Notes: generated by a model from the sequence alone, not told the origin. Counted from the first letter of the whole stretch, positions 24,201 through 36,273 are shown. The stretch is DNA of 63,308 nt, filler included, from Craspedostauros australis (GCA_030167865.1; 10 parts of 10 records of this genome joined end to end with filler, not necessarily neighbours in it); one strand, 5' to 3'. A program made the numbers and translations.

Positions 24201-25359
24201 CTTCATTGCTNNNNNNNNNNNNNNNNNNNNNNNNNNNNNNNNNNNNNNNNNNNNTTAATTAATTAANNNNNNNNNNNNNNNNNNNNNNNNNNNNNNNNNN
24301 NNNNNNNNNNGGACTGCAACCTGGCATGGCAAATGACACAGAAACGAGACAGCAAGCGCGCGCTTGTGAGTTCACAGAAGGATGACCAGGAACCCCGAGC
24401 AGTTGATTCCTCTATTTGTGTTGGCGATTTGCGTGGATGGAACAGAGACACCGAGTGCGTGACTGTGGGTGTCGCGCCCGTCGGATGACAACGAAAGCGG
24501 GTCCAACGCCGAGAAACACTCGGTGCTGTGTGAAGGACATGAACGACGCAGAAACCAACGCAGAACCAAACGACCACAGTAGGCACCACCAAAACCAAGG
24601 AGCACAAACGCCAACAACAACTCCCATTGGAGTACTATCGATACCACTTGCGTGTTTTTTGCATCGTCCTGACAGCATTGGTCGTATCAGTCTGATGCGG
24701 GGAAATGCTCGTGAACAAGTGCATAAAAACAGCCTTTTTTTTTGAGCGACGACTATTTCCCCTGCTCCCAGCGCTGTTGGAGGGACATCCTGGGAGAATT
24801 GACCCAACCGAAGACATCGCGACACAAAGAGGGAGTTCTCCCTTCTGACCAACAGCACCTCTCTCTTGCGTTCGAATCAAGGGGTCACCGGTTGCGATTC
24901 TATCCGCATTCGATAGAGCACCCAGACAACTGCAACCCCAAGCAATAGCACAACCAGAAGCACGAGTACAACAACAACAACAACAGCAACAAGCACGAGA
25001 CCGCCATTAGATCAGTTGCAACATCGAAGCAGTTGCGCGCCAAAGTGGCTTTGACGTGCGGTCCAAGCGAGGAAGGAGGCCCATCGTAGCGATCAGCAAA
25101 GCGGTTGCTTTGCTCTCACATACTACTACTGCTGGAGGGGAGAAGGCATCTTTCAGTTCACTTCATTTCCGACCAGAGTGCCCTGCACTTGAATCAGTTC
25201 TCACAGAGGACCACATATAGCCGCACCATACGATACTGCACCCACCCGCTCCACTTGAGCGCCATTCGCTGTCTTTTCCATCCATCCATCACAGTGGCAC
25301 TGACAATCACATAGATAGACGCACACAGATAGACGCACGAAGACAGCGACGACACCACC

Positions 25360-26466
25360 ATGCCTTCGCTATGCTGCGGACGCGAATCGGACGTCGCCCG
25401 TCAACCGCTGAGCGGCAACGCCCACGATCAATCCGCGCTGCTGCCCAACGGCGCATCGGATGCCCTCGAGGAAGATGACAATCTCGCCCTGATGGGCGGC
25501 AGAAAGACCAATCCTTCCAACGAAGGCTCCATGATGTCCAAGTTCACGAAGATGTTCTCGGGGTCGCCGCGGCGGTCACCGAAAGCCACCTTCACATCGT
25601 CGTCCGACGACATGGATGACAACGACAGGCCGGAGGGTGCGAGGATGATGATGGAGCGGTTGGAAGGGATCGATGAGGTCAAGGCGCCGGAAGCAGCGGC
25701 AACGACAACGACAACGACGCGCAGTGCCCAATCGAATGAAGCGAAGGATGCGGAAGAGAAAGATGAAGCACTGGATTTCCCTATTCTGGGAGGAGACTTT
25801 CTCGTCGAGTCATCAAAGTCCAACAGAAGCAACAACAGCAGCAGCAACAACAATGCAAACAAAAACAATGGGTTTGCCAACAACGATGACGGCGGCGACG
25901 ACGACGACATGTTTGGTTCGTTGAAAAGGCCGAGCGACGGCATCGACACTGATGCCAATGCATCGGATGTTCCGCCACTGCCGCGCATCAGCGGTTCGGG
26001 ACACTTTGAGACGACGACCGAAGAAGCGGCGACGACCACAGTTCAGGATCTTGGATCCGACGAGGCGGCACCGAGCGAACGCAGAAGCAGACGCCGCGAC
26101 GGCAAAAGCAGGAGTCGAAGTCGAAGCGGTGGTCGAAGGCCGGCCAGGAGCGTGTCGGGAGATCAAAGTCAGGACGGCAACGAATCCAGATCCGTCACGC
26201 GCAAGCCCAGCAAACGATCCGGCCGCCGGCCCAAATCGCATCCGCGCGGCAGCCGATCGCCGAGTCGCCGCAACCATCAAGGCAGTGGCACGCATTCCGT
26301 CGCGTCATCCGCGTCGTCGAGGCGGCATCGCCACGATGCGGATCGATCGCCCAACACCTCACCCAAGACGCGTCGCAAGGATCCCGCATCGCCGAAGAGA
26401 TCAAGGCGGCAGCATTCCAACCGGCATTCCAGCGAGCGATCGCAGCGGGCCGAAGGGTCTGGTTGA
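25360..26466 (+). CDS. Hypothetical disordered protein with an Arg/Ser-rich C-terminus
   Basis: 368-aa ORF with a good start context (ACCATG). MPSLCCG N-terminus, acidic middle and basic RS-rich tail. Confidence 0.65.
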   Translation: MPSLCCGRESDVARQPLSGNAHDQSALLPNGASDALEEDDNLALMGGRKTNPSNEGSMMSKFTKMFSGSPRRSPKATFTSSSDDMDDNDRPEGARMMMERLEGIDEVKAPEAAATTTTTTRSAQSNEAKDAEEKDEALDFPILGGDFLVESSKSNRSNNSSSNNNANKNNGFANNDDGGDDDDMFGSLKRPSDGIDTDANASDVPPLPRISGSGHFETTTEEAATTTVQDLGSDEAAPSERRSRRRDGKSRSRSRSGGRRPARSVSGDQSQDGNESRSVTRKPSKRSGRRPKSHPRGSRSPSRRNHQGSGTHSVASSASSRRHRHDADRSPNTSPKTRRKDPASPKRSRRQHSNRHSSERSQRAEGSG

Positions 26467-26729
26467 ATCCACCCATTCGTTCATTCGTTCGTGCATGTCT
26501 GTATTCATGCATGCATGCATGCATGCATTCTTCCGTCTGTTGGGTCGCCATCGCACTATGGAAAATCTAGAGAGAAACTTAAGCTCTTTTCCTCCACCCT
26601 ACATACGCTCAAACCCAATCTATGATGTTAAATTCGTGTACATGAAGGTATCATGCTTTTCAAAATAAGGTAGACTTTCCAATTTCATTTGACTTCACCT
26701 CTGTAACTGGCGAAATCCACGCGTCCACC

Positions 26730-28694
26730 TTATCCATGCCACATCTGGTAGGATGCAGAATCTTCAATTTCGTTAGCCTCGTGAAATCGTCGCATGCGCC
26801 GTTGCCGTTCCAACGTCGATAGGTAATTCGGATGATTGGCGGGGCCGCTGTAGTCTTCTTTCCTCCCATCCAACGTCAACCGCCATTTCTTGTCCAATTC
26901 GTACAGATCCAACCCGTTCGTTTCCGGGATGCACCAGTACGTGATGACGCAGGCGGCGAAGCTAGCATATCCGCTGAACAGGAACATGTCCACATCAGCG
27001 ACGTGGTTGAACATGATGGCCGCGGTCAAGGCTCCCACCTTGCCGGAAGCTGCGGCGATGCCATGGCACATCGTGCGGACCTCCGTGGGAAAGATCTCGG
27101 CTGGAATCAAGAAGGTGGTTGCATTCGGACCCAGCTGTCCGAAGAACGAGCTGCCCAGGTACATGGCGACCAACCATCCCGATGACAGCTTGTCAAAGAG
27201 GAAACCGCAGCCGACGAACAACGTACCTGTCAGCAAGAATCCCACCTGTTGCAGTCTCACGCGTCCTACAGCAGGATGATCCACGATGATGGCCGCTCCG
27301 AAGTAACCAAACAGGGCGACGGTGGCATTGAGGGATGCGGCCATGGCGAATTCCAGCAGGGTCGTGCTTTCGCCAGTCAGCGCCAAGAGGAAGGACGATT
27401 GGAACAGCTTGTTGCCGTAGAATGCAATGTCCCACAGCAACCACGCCATGCTGGCGCCGACGATGCGCATGCCGTAGTTGCGAAGTAGGTGCATGGTGGG
27501 TGAAACATCGTGATCCTGTTCCGCGTCCTCGAAGGATGCCGAGTTGAGAAGGATCTTGTCATCGGCGGCCCTGTCATGCACCAGGGTGGGCATGCTCAAC
27601 GACGAGACGTTGGTTCCTGTGGGCGATGCCATCGGTATCTGAGAGTTGAAAGTAGTTGGTGATCGCAGCCCTCCAGGGGCGACCACGCTGGCTGACATGG
27701 TGGCGTTAGCGCCCGTAACCTGTAGGTGGTTGCGACGGTGCCTGTCATCCTGCCACACGGCGGACTCTTCCAAATAGAGGATGCGCGAGATCAGCACGCC
27801 TGCCAGGACGATGGCTCCAATGGCGTAAGACGTTCGCCATATCGCCAGCAAGATGCCTTCATCGTACTCGTTGTTGCTGTCGTTGTTGCCGTTGTCGTCG
27901 TCGTTGTTGATTCCCTCCCCACCCGTTTGGCCCGTGACAACAAGCAGCACTGTCATGATTACGGAGTTGAACCATATCCCCACGCCTTGCATGGAGAACA
28001 CGGTCTGAACTTGCCTGCCCCTGTAGGCTTGCTGGTACACAACCGACTCATCCATTTCTGCTGACGTCGGAGATGCTCGATTGCCAGCGCGGCCGGCAGC
28101 CACATTCTGATTACCATCAATTGTGTTCTTGAGGCGAGCATTGTTCCTGCCACCTTTGTTGTTGTTGATTGTATCGCCTCGATTCGTCGACGCGATAGCC
28201 TCGAGCTGTCGTTTGCGCTGCAATTCTTCCATCGCCCTCTCGGAAGCGCTGGACGCGGACAGCGGATACTCCCCGCCGACCCCGATGCCGAAAAGGAACA
28301 GCAAGCAGCTCATGGCACGGTAGAGATGCAACGCATTGTTGACCAGCACCACCGAAATGACGTAAAGTCCGAGCGCACCGCCGCACATGAAGGACGCTGT
28401 GATGATGGAACCCTTGCGCCGACCGATGGTGTTGGCCATGTAGCCCAGGACGATCATTCCGATGATGACCCCGATCACGACGCTGTAGGTCAAGGAATGC
28501 AGCAAGCGTGACGGGCAGTCGATCTCGTTGAAGCAGTTGGGGAAGAGCATCTGCCAAATCGGTTTCAATGTGCCAATGCTGAAGAGGAGGTACGATTCGC
28601 CGAACAAGCCCATGCCAGGCCAGATGTTCTTTGCGAGCCATTGGGAGCACGACAATGATGTTGATGCGTGCGTTGGCAATGGCAGTGGTAATCC

Positions 28695-28726
<32 letters not shown>

Positions 28727-28988
28727 GTGTTGCCGCTCCGTTCCTGTTGCTCGTGCCACCAGCAGCAGCAGCACCACCACCGCCATTGCCTTGGGCGCCG
28801 TGCTCCAGATGCAACGGCATCAGGTTGGGACGCCTGCTTTGGAATGTATTGGTGCGAGTATCCGCACTGCTCTGCCGTCGAGCCTCATCTGCGTGAAGCT
28901 GCATGGTGACGCTCGTATTGGGAATGGGATAGTGTTGGAGACTCTGCGCCATGCACTTGTGCAGTGTCGTCTTCGAATAATGTTCCAC
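26730..28988 (-). CDS. MFS inorganic phosphate:H+ symporter (PHO84/PHT1-like); true start may be downstream
   Basis: MGLFGESYLLFSIG, GIGVGGEYPLSA, FSMQGVG, WLLWDIAFYG and QLGPNATTFLIPAEIFPT..CHGIAAASGKVGA, with multiple TM segments. Confidence 0.92.
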
Positions 28989-29647
28989 TCTGGAATGCTC
29001 TTGTGATTGTTAGTCTCTCTCCATTCATGCCATGCTCGTCCACACAGGTATCATGTCATGTCGGCATTGCCGCCCCCCACACTGCTTCGCGCAACGACAG
29101 CGCAACCCGTTCTGTGGCGCAAACGCTCGCGATTTCATTTTGAATTCGAACCGTTGCGATCGGCGGTTATTCCGACGGTTATCCATGATAATCGAGGGAA
29201 GCAATTCGTGATTGGGAAAAGAGCGAGTCACGGAGACATTTCGCGGTCACCAGCGAACTCCAAGGAGGAACACAGATCTTTGGCCTGCGAGTGTTTTCGC
29301 TTCCTGACCTCTCGTTGTTGCGCAGTACTCCTGCCGTGTGACGGCCATTGTCGTCGTTGTCGTTCTGTGAGGCAACAACACGCGAAGAGTCACCAAAACG
29401 AAACGGCATCATCTTGCACGAGCCACTCTGCCCACGTCGCATCTGAGCCAAAGCCAAAACCAAAGCCAACGCAAGAGCAAGACACAAATTCTCACCAGTC
29501 ATCCAACGACAGCACACACCACAAAGCAACCGCAACGTTCCGAGTCGCACAGTAATCGTTAGCCATCATTACTGACACCCATTGCAACCCAAACAGCCAC
29601 AAACAGCCACAAACACAGCAACGACCAACGATAAAACAACGACAATC

Positions 29648-30625
29648 ATGCCAAATCCAAAAGCTGAAGCACTGAAGGGAGAGGGCAACGCCTTCTTCAA
29701 GGGCGGCCAGTACGCACAGGCCATCGCCAAGTACAAGCAGGCCACAGCCATCGATGCCGGCGTCCCAGCCTACTGGTCCAACATGGCCGCCTGCCACGAG
29801 AAGCTCCGCCAGTACGATGAGATGGCCGAAGCCGCCCGCAGCTGCATCCTCGCGGACCGCAACTTCATCAAGGGCTACTTCCGTCTGGCCACCGCCCAGA
29901 AGGCCCTCAACGACCTCGCCAACTGCATCAAGACGCTGGAGACAGGACTGGGCATCCAGGCCGCCAACCCAGACCTCAAGCGGATGAAGAAGGAGGTCCA
30001 GGAGCTGCAGCGCGGCGAGCAGGTGGCCTCGTACTGCGCCAAGGCCCGGGAGCTCATGCAGAACGGCGACGTCGCGGGCGCCATGAAGACCCTAGAATTG
30101 GCCAGCCGGCTGGACGCGGGCAACCCAGACATCGTGGCCCTCATGGACAAGCTCAAGCCGAAGTTCGAGCGCATGGAGGCCAACCGCAAGGCCGGCCTCT
30201 CGCCCACAGAAAAGCACAAGGAGAAGGGCGACCAGTGCTACAAAAATGCTCAATTCGAAGACGCCGTGCAACATTACACCAAGTGCCTGGACATGCTCGC
30301 CAGGAACGGCAAGTCGGCATCGCCGCTGGCCCTCAAGGCCTACTCCAACCGCGCTGCCTGCTACAAGCAGATCTCCAACTTCGACGGCACCATCTCGGAC
30401 TGCACCGCCGTGCTGGAGGTCGAGCCGGAGAACACCAAGGCCCTCATCCGTCGCGCCCAGGCCTTCGAGGGCGTCGAACGCTACCGCTTTGCCCTGCAGG
30501 ATATCAAGACTGTGCTCGCGATGCCCTACAGCCAGGTTGGAAAGGCGAACTTTGATCTTTGTAATGGAATGCAGCACCGTCTCCAGCGAACTGTCACCCA
30601 GCTGAAAAAGATGAACAGTTCCTAA
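29648..30625 (+). CDS. Twin TPR-domain co-chaperone (STI1/Hop-like)
   Basis: AEALKGEGNAFFK..YWSNMAAC..FIKGYFR and HKEKGDQCYK..AYSNRAACY..KALIRRAQA, each with carboxylate-clamp-type residues. Confidence 0.85.
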   Translation: MPNPKAEALKGEGNAFFKGGQYAQAIAKYKQATAIDAGVPAYWSNMAACHEKLRQYDEMAEAARSCILADRNFIKGYFRLATAQKALNDLANCIKTLETGLGIQAANPDLKRMKKEVQELQRGEQVASYCAKARELMQNGDVAGAMKTLELASRLDAGNPDIVALMDKLKPKFERMEANRKAGLSPTEKHKEKGDQCYKNAQFEDAVQHYTKCLDMLARNGKSASPLALKAYSNRAACYKQISNFDGTISDCTAVLEVEPENTKALIRRAQAFEGVERYRFALQDIKTVLAMPYSQVGKANFDLCNGMQHRLQRTVTQLKKMNSS

Positions 30626-31289
30626 ACCGAGCAACAGGACACGCATCTTCAACATAATCGGCACGGTTGGAATGGTTGGCATGGTTGGCACTTGCAGCTG
30701 TTGGACTCCCAGTAGAAACAGCAGTACAGTAGTAGCGTAGGCACAACAATACAATCGCAACAAGCAGAAGCGCGAGTCGGCGGGGTTCCCTTTCCTTGTC
30801 GACCCATGATGGAGGGTGTATCCGTGACATCCTCCTCCCTTCCCTTGATGATGATGATGATGAGAATGATGAACCAAAAAACTCTAGAGTATTTCACTAC
30901 CACACTCCACACTACTCCATCCTTCTCTCAGTGACCGTGTTTGCCTTGTCTCGCTTGCGGTGAATGAATCGATGAAGGGCGTGATCCCCTTGTTTGTTCA
31001 TGATTTGGTCGATTGACGATGGATGGACGGATACTGATGAATATTCGTGCATTCGCCACCCCAAACGTGCTCTGTGCTTGCCATCCAAACATTCAATACG
31101 TATTGCAGCATGGCTACAATTCCAAACTAAACGAAACTACCATACTCATTCCCCCGTCAGACCGGCAACAGCTCTTCTTTCAAATTGTCACATTAACGTT
31201 TCACTGTTTACTTGTAGCCACCGCAGCACCTGACTGGCAATTAAATACACCAATCGCAAATAGAAGACGCTCCCCTTCTTATTTACACT

Positions 31290-33359
31290 TTACAACATCT
31301 CGGGCAGAACGCTGCAGACGTAGAACTTCTTGGTGTGCGAGAAGCCGTTGAAGGTGGACGCCGCTGCGCTGGTGTAGGCTCCCATGTTCTCAAAGTAGAG
31401 CCAGTCGCCGATCTCGAGCTGCGGCAGGAGGACCGAGCGGCAGATGACGTCGATGGAGTCGCAGGTGGGACCGAAGATGGTGGAGGGGTAGAGGCGGTCG
31501 TCGTTGTGCTTGGTGGATTTGAGGGGGTTGCTGCGCAGCAACCGCGGACGCACGACGGCGTGGTCGAACATGAGGTTGTTGAAGGCGCCGTAGACACCGT
31601 CGTTGACGTAGTAAGCGAAGTCGTCGTTGGCGGCACCGGAGTCCACCATGGCCTGCTTGACGACGCCCGAGACGGCGGCCTCGCCGGCCGATGCCAGCGT
31701 AAGCGTGGGCGCTTCATTGTCGAAGGAGAGCGATCGTGGGCGCGTGTCCTTGTCCATGCAGTCGCCGACGATGCGGGCGCGGATTCCTTCGACCGTGTGT
31801 TGCTGGGCTTCCTCTTCGGCGGGGATGTCGGGCGGGTTGAGGAGGCCGCACTTGGTGACGTCGACGAGGCAGTCCACCTCCTGCTGCGTGAGCTGCTGCT
31901 TGGCGAAGAGCTGGGAGTAGTCGGCGATCTGCTCCACGATGGCATTGAGGACGGGGTGCTCGAGCGCGCCCTGTGCGCGGATGACCACGTTCTCCTCCTC
32001 ACGGCTGACGTCGTAGATCATCTTGGACGCGGCCTTGTCGGAGACGGAGACGGGGACCTCGAGCTTGTTGCGGAGGTTGCTGCGGATGCTGGTGATGGCG
32101 ACGACGACGGTGGAGCTGGCGGCCACCAGGTACCGTCCCGGCTCGCCGATGATCTTGATGTTGTCCTCGGGGAATATCTCGTCGAGGATGGGCGTGATGT
32201 GGTCGGCGATGTCCGCGAAGAACATGAAGGGACGAAGCGCTTCGAGCTCCTGCTCGTCCTCCTGCTCTTCCTCGGCATGATCCTCGTCGGGGACCTCGTA
32301 TAGATCGGCCGGATTCCAGAGCGAGTGCGTCTCGCCGGGGAAGCCACCGCCGATGTCGAGGATGTGCATGTCGAAGCCGAACTCGTTGATGCCCATGTCG
32401 AAGACCTCGCGGGCATCGCGCAGCGCCAAGTCGTAGCGAGAGGCATCGCGGCAGCCGGAGCCGACGTGGAAGGAAACGCCGACGACGGGCAAGCCGCACA
32501 CCTTGGCAGTGCGCAGCAGATCCCGCCAGTGGTTGCGCGGGGCACCAAATTTGGAGGACAGACGGCATTGCGCGCCGGTGTCATCCGTGATGATGCGCAG
32601 CACGAGCTGGATGTCCATCGATATCTGCGCGCATTTGATGACCTCCGCAGCGTTGTCGAAGGTGACCTTGAGGACGTTCTTGCGCACCGCGTCCCGAATG
32701 TGCGTGCGGGGCTTGCACGGGTTGGCAAAGATGATGTCGGGGCGTTGCGGCAGGTCAGCGGAGCATTCCTCCACGATGGCGATCTCCGCCGGCGACGCGC
32801 AATCGAAGTTGGCTCCAAGTCTGACCAACGTCTTGACGATGACAGGATCCGGGTTGCACTTGACAGCGTAGTACGGCACGACGCGGGGGAAGTGGCGCTT
32901 CCACTGCAGGAACTGCGCCACGACGACACCCAAGTCGCACACGTAGAATGGCTCCTCCACCATGGTGTCCGTGAGCGCTTGCGTGAGCAGCTTCTGTCGC
33001 ATTTCTTCCTGAGCTGACAGACACGCGGGCGCAGATTGAGAGCCTGACGATGCGGTGGCGGCCTCGATCATCTCCATGGTGGCCAGCTCGTTGCGGAGGA
33101 AGTGGCGGGCGGCATGGCGGAAGCCCTTGCCCATGGAGGCACCTCCCAGAAACACATCGTTGTCCCGGAGGACGTCCGAGAGCACGCTCTGTTCCGGCGA
33201 AGTCAGCACCGGACGGGCGCTGCCTGGCTCGACGGGATGCCCGCTGCTGCGCTCCTGCTCTTGCGTCATGTCCTTGTCCTGCGTGGCTGCGACGCCATCC
33301 TCGCTCGTCCTATCGGAGTCGTTGCCCACCTGCGGGTCCAGCGGCTGAAGAGGCGCCAT
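31290..33359 (-). CDS. ODC: Ornithine decarboxylase (fold-type III PLP enzyme) with insertions
   Basis: PYYAVKCNPD, FDCAS, IFANPCK, GVSFHVGSG, LDIGGGFPG, EPGRY, YYVNDGVYGAFN..FDH, GPTCDSID and MGAYT. First ATG at 33359. Confidence 0.95.
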   Translation of the reverse strand: MAPLQPLDPQVGNDSDRTSEDGVAATQDKDMTQEQERSSGHPVEPGSARPVLTSPEQSVLSDVLRDNDVFLGGASMGKGFRHAARHFLRNELATMEMIEAATASSGSQSAPACLSAQEEMRQKLLTQALTDTMVEEPFYVCDLGVVVAQFLQWKRHFPRVVPYYAVKCNPDPVIVKTLVRLGANFDCASPAEIAIVEECSADLPQRPDIIFANPCKPRTHIRDAVRKNVLKVTFDNAAEVIKCAQISMDIQLVLRIITDDTGAQCRLSSKFGAPRNHWRDLLRTAKVCGLPVVGVSFHVGSGCRDASRYDLALRDAREVFDMGINEFGFDMHILDIGGGFPGETHSLWNPADLYEVPDEDHAEEEQEDEQELEALRPFMFFADIADHITPILDEIFPEDNIKIIGEPGRYLVAASSTVVVAITSIRSNLRNKLEVPVSVSDKAASKMIYDVSREEENVVIRAQGALEHPVLNAIVEQIADYSQLFAKQQLTQQEVDCLVDVTKCGLLNPPDIPAEEEAQQHTVEGIRARIVGDCMDKDTRPRSLSFDNEAPTLTLASAGEAAVSGVVKQAMVDSGAANDDFAYYVNDGVYGAFNNLMFDHAVVRPRLLRSNPLKSTKHNDDRLYPSTIFGPTCDSIDVICRSVLLPQLEIGDWLYFENMGAYTSAAASTFNGFSHTKKFYVCSVLPEML

Positions 33360-34605
33360 GGTCAGCGCTCGCGCTATTGGGAGATGTGTTGAGAGATGTA
33401 TTGTGACTAGCTCTGCTGGCAACTCTGCTGGTGTTGGTCTTGTGCGAGTAGATCGTGCTTGTGGTCGCTTGGTGCCCGGAGAGTCGTGTTGTGATGCACT
33501 GCTCGTGTTGCAGTGCCAAACGGCTGCTGAGAGGAAGAGTGGGTCCGTTGCAGAGCGTCAGCGGACCCTGGAGTGAAGGGGCCTGCTGTCCAGATCGATC
33601 GCTTCCGTTGTCCCTTCTTCACTCAGCGTGGTCGTGCGAACCTTCGGTCTTGTCCTCTTGTGATCCGATTGGTTGTGATGTGCAATTGTGTATCGTATAG
33701 TAGAATAGTCGTATTGTAATTCTATACGAGAGTATCAGTGGGTGTGATTCGGTTTGCGCGCGCTTTTGTTGACGTGGCTGTGGCAGCGTGTTTTCCGCCT
33801 TTCCTTGTTCAGTTCACTTCACTCGAAACCCGCGGTTGCAGCGTTCGGATGCACTGTTCTACCCAACTCTGTGACACGCAAACAATGGCGGAGCACGAGT
33901 ATTGGGTTCCACTCAAGCTGTCGTGACAAAAGGAGGCCACGTGCTGATGGCTTCGATGAAGAATTGTGATGTGATGGTTTCGCTCTGTGGCCCTCTCCGT
34001 CTCCCTTTGCTTCAGCTGTTGGCTCTTCGATTCTCGAGACAAACACGGGAACGAAGAGATGCAAGATGGCGGATTGATGGCCACCAACACCTTCACAAAC
34101 TACTCTCTGGCGCTGTGATTCTATTGGCATTGCCGTTCCTTTGCGGTTGTCGTGATGGTACTGATGGACACACAACAACGCCCGAACAGCCAACAGAACT
34201 CGTGGTTTGGGTGAGCATCTTGTCATTGCCCACGAAATTTGTCGGACCCGTGTGCCGTTGAGGCCCAATAAATGGCTGTTCTGTGTCGCACTCGTTGTCT
34301 CTTCATTGACGAACACGTGCAGAATTGTGAACAATACCAAGGCGGTTGAGCCGGCAAGATTTCAAACACCGAAATATCAGTATTCTTGACTGACCCGTGT
34401 TTGGAGGCACTCTGTAAGTATTCATTATATTACCCATTGTAGTCGTAGGATTCTACAAACCACTCCACTGTGCTTGATAATAATAATACCATTCACCGCT
34501 TGAGGTCAACTGGCCAACCTCCTGACAGCGCTCTAACCAACCATCAAACCGACTTTATTGCAATAATCGTATTCATTTACCCTACTGGAGAGCCTAATAC
34601 AATCG

Positions 34606-35946
34606 TCACGAGCGAACGTTGCAAGCAGCGCTGCTCTCGGTGTCCATCATCCTTTTCGTTTGTTGATGTCCGTTGGCTTGTCGAGCACCGCTGTTCTCTG
34701 CACTTGCAGTTGCGACGCTCGTGCATGCACCACTCGAGTTGTCGCCGCTGCGTCTGCCAAAATCCATCTGGACGCTGAGGTTGCTGCCGTCAACGACCTT
34801 CGCGGCATTCATCGGCACTGCGCTGAGAGGGAAGACTGGCAGATCAGGCACGCCCTCGGTATCTCCCTCAGTTGCAGCACCAGTAGTGGTGGTGGCGGCA
34901 GCAGCATCGGCCCTCGTGGGATACGGTATTCCGTCCAGGTCGCACACGCAGTAGGTGCCATCAGCCCGTCGCAAGTACTTCAGCACCAGCGGCACACCCG
35001 TTTGTATCCGCAAGGCCTCCAGCTTCGCCAGTGCCCTGGGATCGCTCTCTGCATCGCAAATCACGCCGATCAAGGCCCGCAACGAGTTGGCGTGCGCAAC
35101 GATCAATCCCGTTCCGTTGTTGCCTTGCGCGGCATCCAACACCGGCGTCAACACTTCCTCCAAGAACGGATCAATGCGATTGCGCGCCACCTGCTCCAGA
35201 CTCTCGCCACGCGGTACCGACGCATCGTGACAGTAGTTCCCGAACTTCCTCACCTCCGCCACGCGACGCGGGTCGTCGTCGTGAAGCAACGGCGGTACAG
35301 TGTGCCAGCTGCGTCGCCACAACTTCACATCGCGCGGATCGTGACCGTACTTGCCATTCTCCACATCGCGCTTCACGAAGCCCTGCAGGGATCCGTAGTG
35401 CCGCTCGTTGAGCCGGTAATCGCATATGTACTTGCGCGGTTCCATGCCGCACGGCTTTTCGGCAAAGGCCCACAAGCAGTAATGCGCCGTGAGCTGGGCG
35501 CGTTGCAAAACGGACGTGAAGCAGGCGTCGATGCCCAGCGTGTAGGACGAGACCTGCCTTCCTGTGTTCTTGGCCTCCTCGATGCCCTTTTGGGACAGCG
35601 GAACGTCCGTCCAGCCCGTGAAGGTCTCCTGGCACCCCGGCTCTCCGCCGTTCCATATGGAGTCACCATGACGGCACAGTATCAGCGTGTGGACATTCTC
35701 TGCGCTCTGTTGTTGCTGCTGCTGCTGTTGCGATTCTGACCATGCTTCATTGCTTGTCGACATGGCCAACTGCACGGATGTCGTCGATGATAATCGTGCT
35801 GACCATCTTGACGAGATCGGTTCAGCTAGTCTCGGTACAACGTTTGTTCTTCTGCTTGGGGCTGCGCCAGCGCTCGATGACCAGCATTCCACCTGGCCTA
35901 TCCGTATCGTGCAACCCAAAACGACGATGAAGCACAAAAGCTTCAT
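34606..35946 (-). CDS. 2,3-BPG-dependent phosphoglycerate mutase with a probable bipartite plastid presequence
   Basis: LCRHGDSIWN, FTGWTDVPLS, RLNERHYGSLQG, WRRS and AHANSLRAL. Signal peptide followed by VEC-W and a Ser/Arg-rich stretch. Confidence 0.92.
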   Translation of the reverse strand: MKLLCFIVVLGCTIRIGQVECWSSSAGAAPSRRTNVVPRLAEPISSRWSARLSSTTSVQLAMSTSNEAWSESQQQQQQQQSAENVHTLILCRHGDSIWNGGEPGCQETFTGWTDVPLSQKGIEEAKNTGRQVSSYTLGIDACFTSVLQRAQLTAHYCLWAFAEKPCGMEPRKYICDYRLNERHYGSLQGFVKRDVENGKYGHDPRDVKLWRRSWHTVPPLLHDDDPRRVAEVRKFGNYCHDASVPRGESLEQVARNRIDPFLEEVLTPVLDAAQGNNGTGLIVAHANSLRALIGVICDAESDPRALAKLEALRIQTGVPLVLKYLRRADGTYCVCDLDGIPYPTRADAAAATTTTGAATEGDTEGVPDLPVFPLSAVPMNAAKVVDGSNLSVQMDFGRRSGDNSSGACTSVATASAENSGARQANGHQQTKRMMDTESSAACNVRS

Positions 35947-36273
35947 GATGCTCTCTAGAGAGATGGAATGCTTCTTGTCCAGACTGAGGGTTGCGCTCTC
36001 GAGGTGTTGTCGTCGTTGTGCCCAACGACATCATTGATGAATGTGAATGTGGATGTGAATTTGAACAGCGACAACGATGACAACGAACAACGTCACTCGT
36101 GGCGCAAGAAACACAGTTTCGCGTGTTCGTCCACACAAATCTGCTGGAACGGTTCAACTCGCGCGTATCATTTTCTTTTCGTACGCCACCAACTAAATTA
36201 CCGCAGCTTTCGAAATTATGCGCGACAATTACTCAAAACGTGCTCTAGTTCGCTATGTGGCGCCTTACCCACT

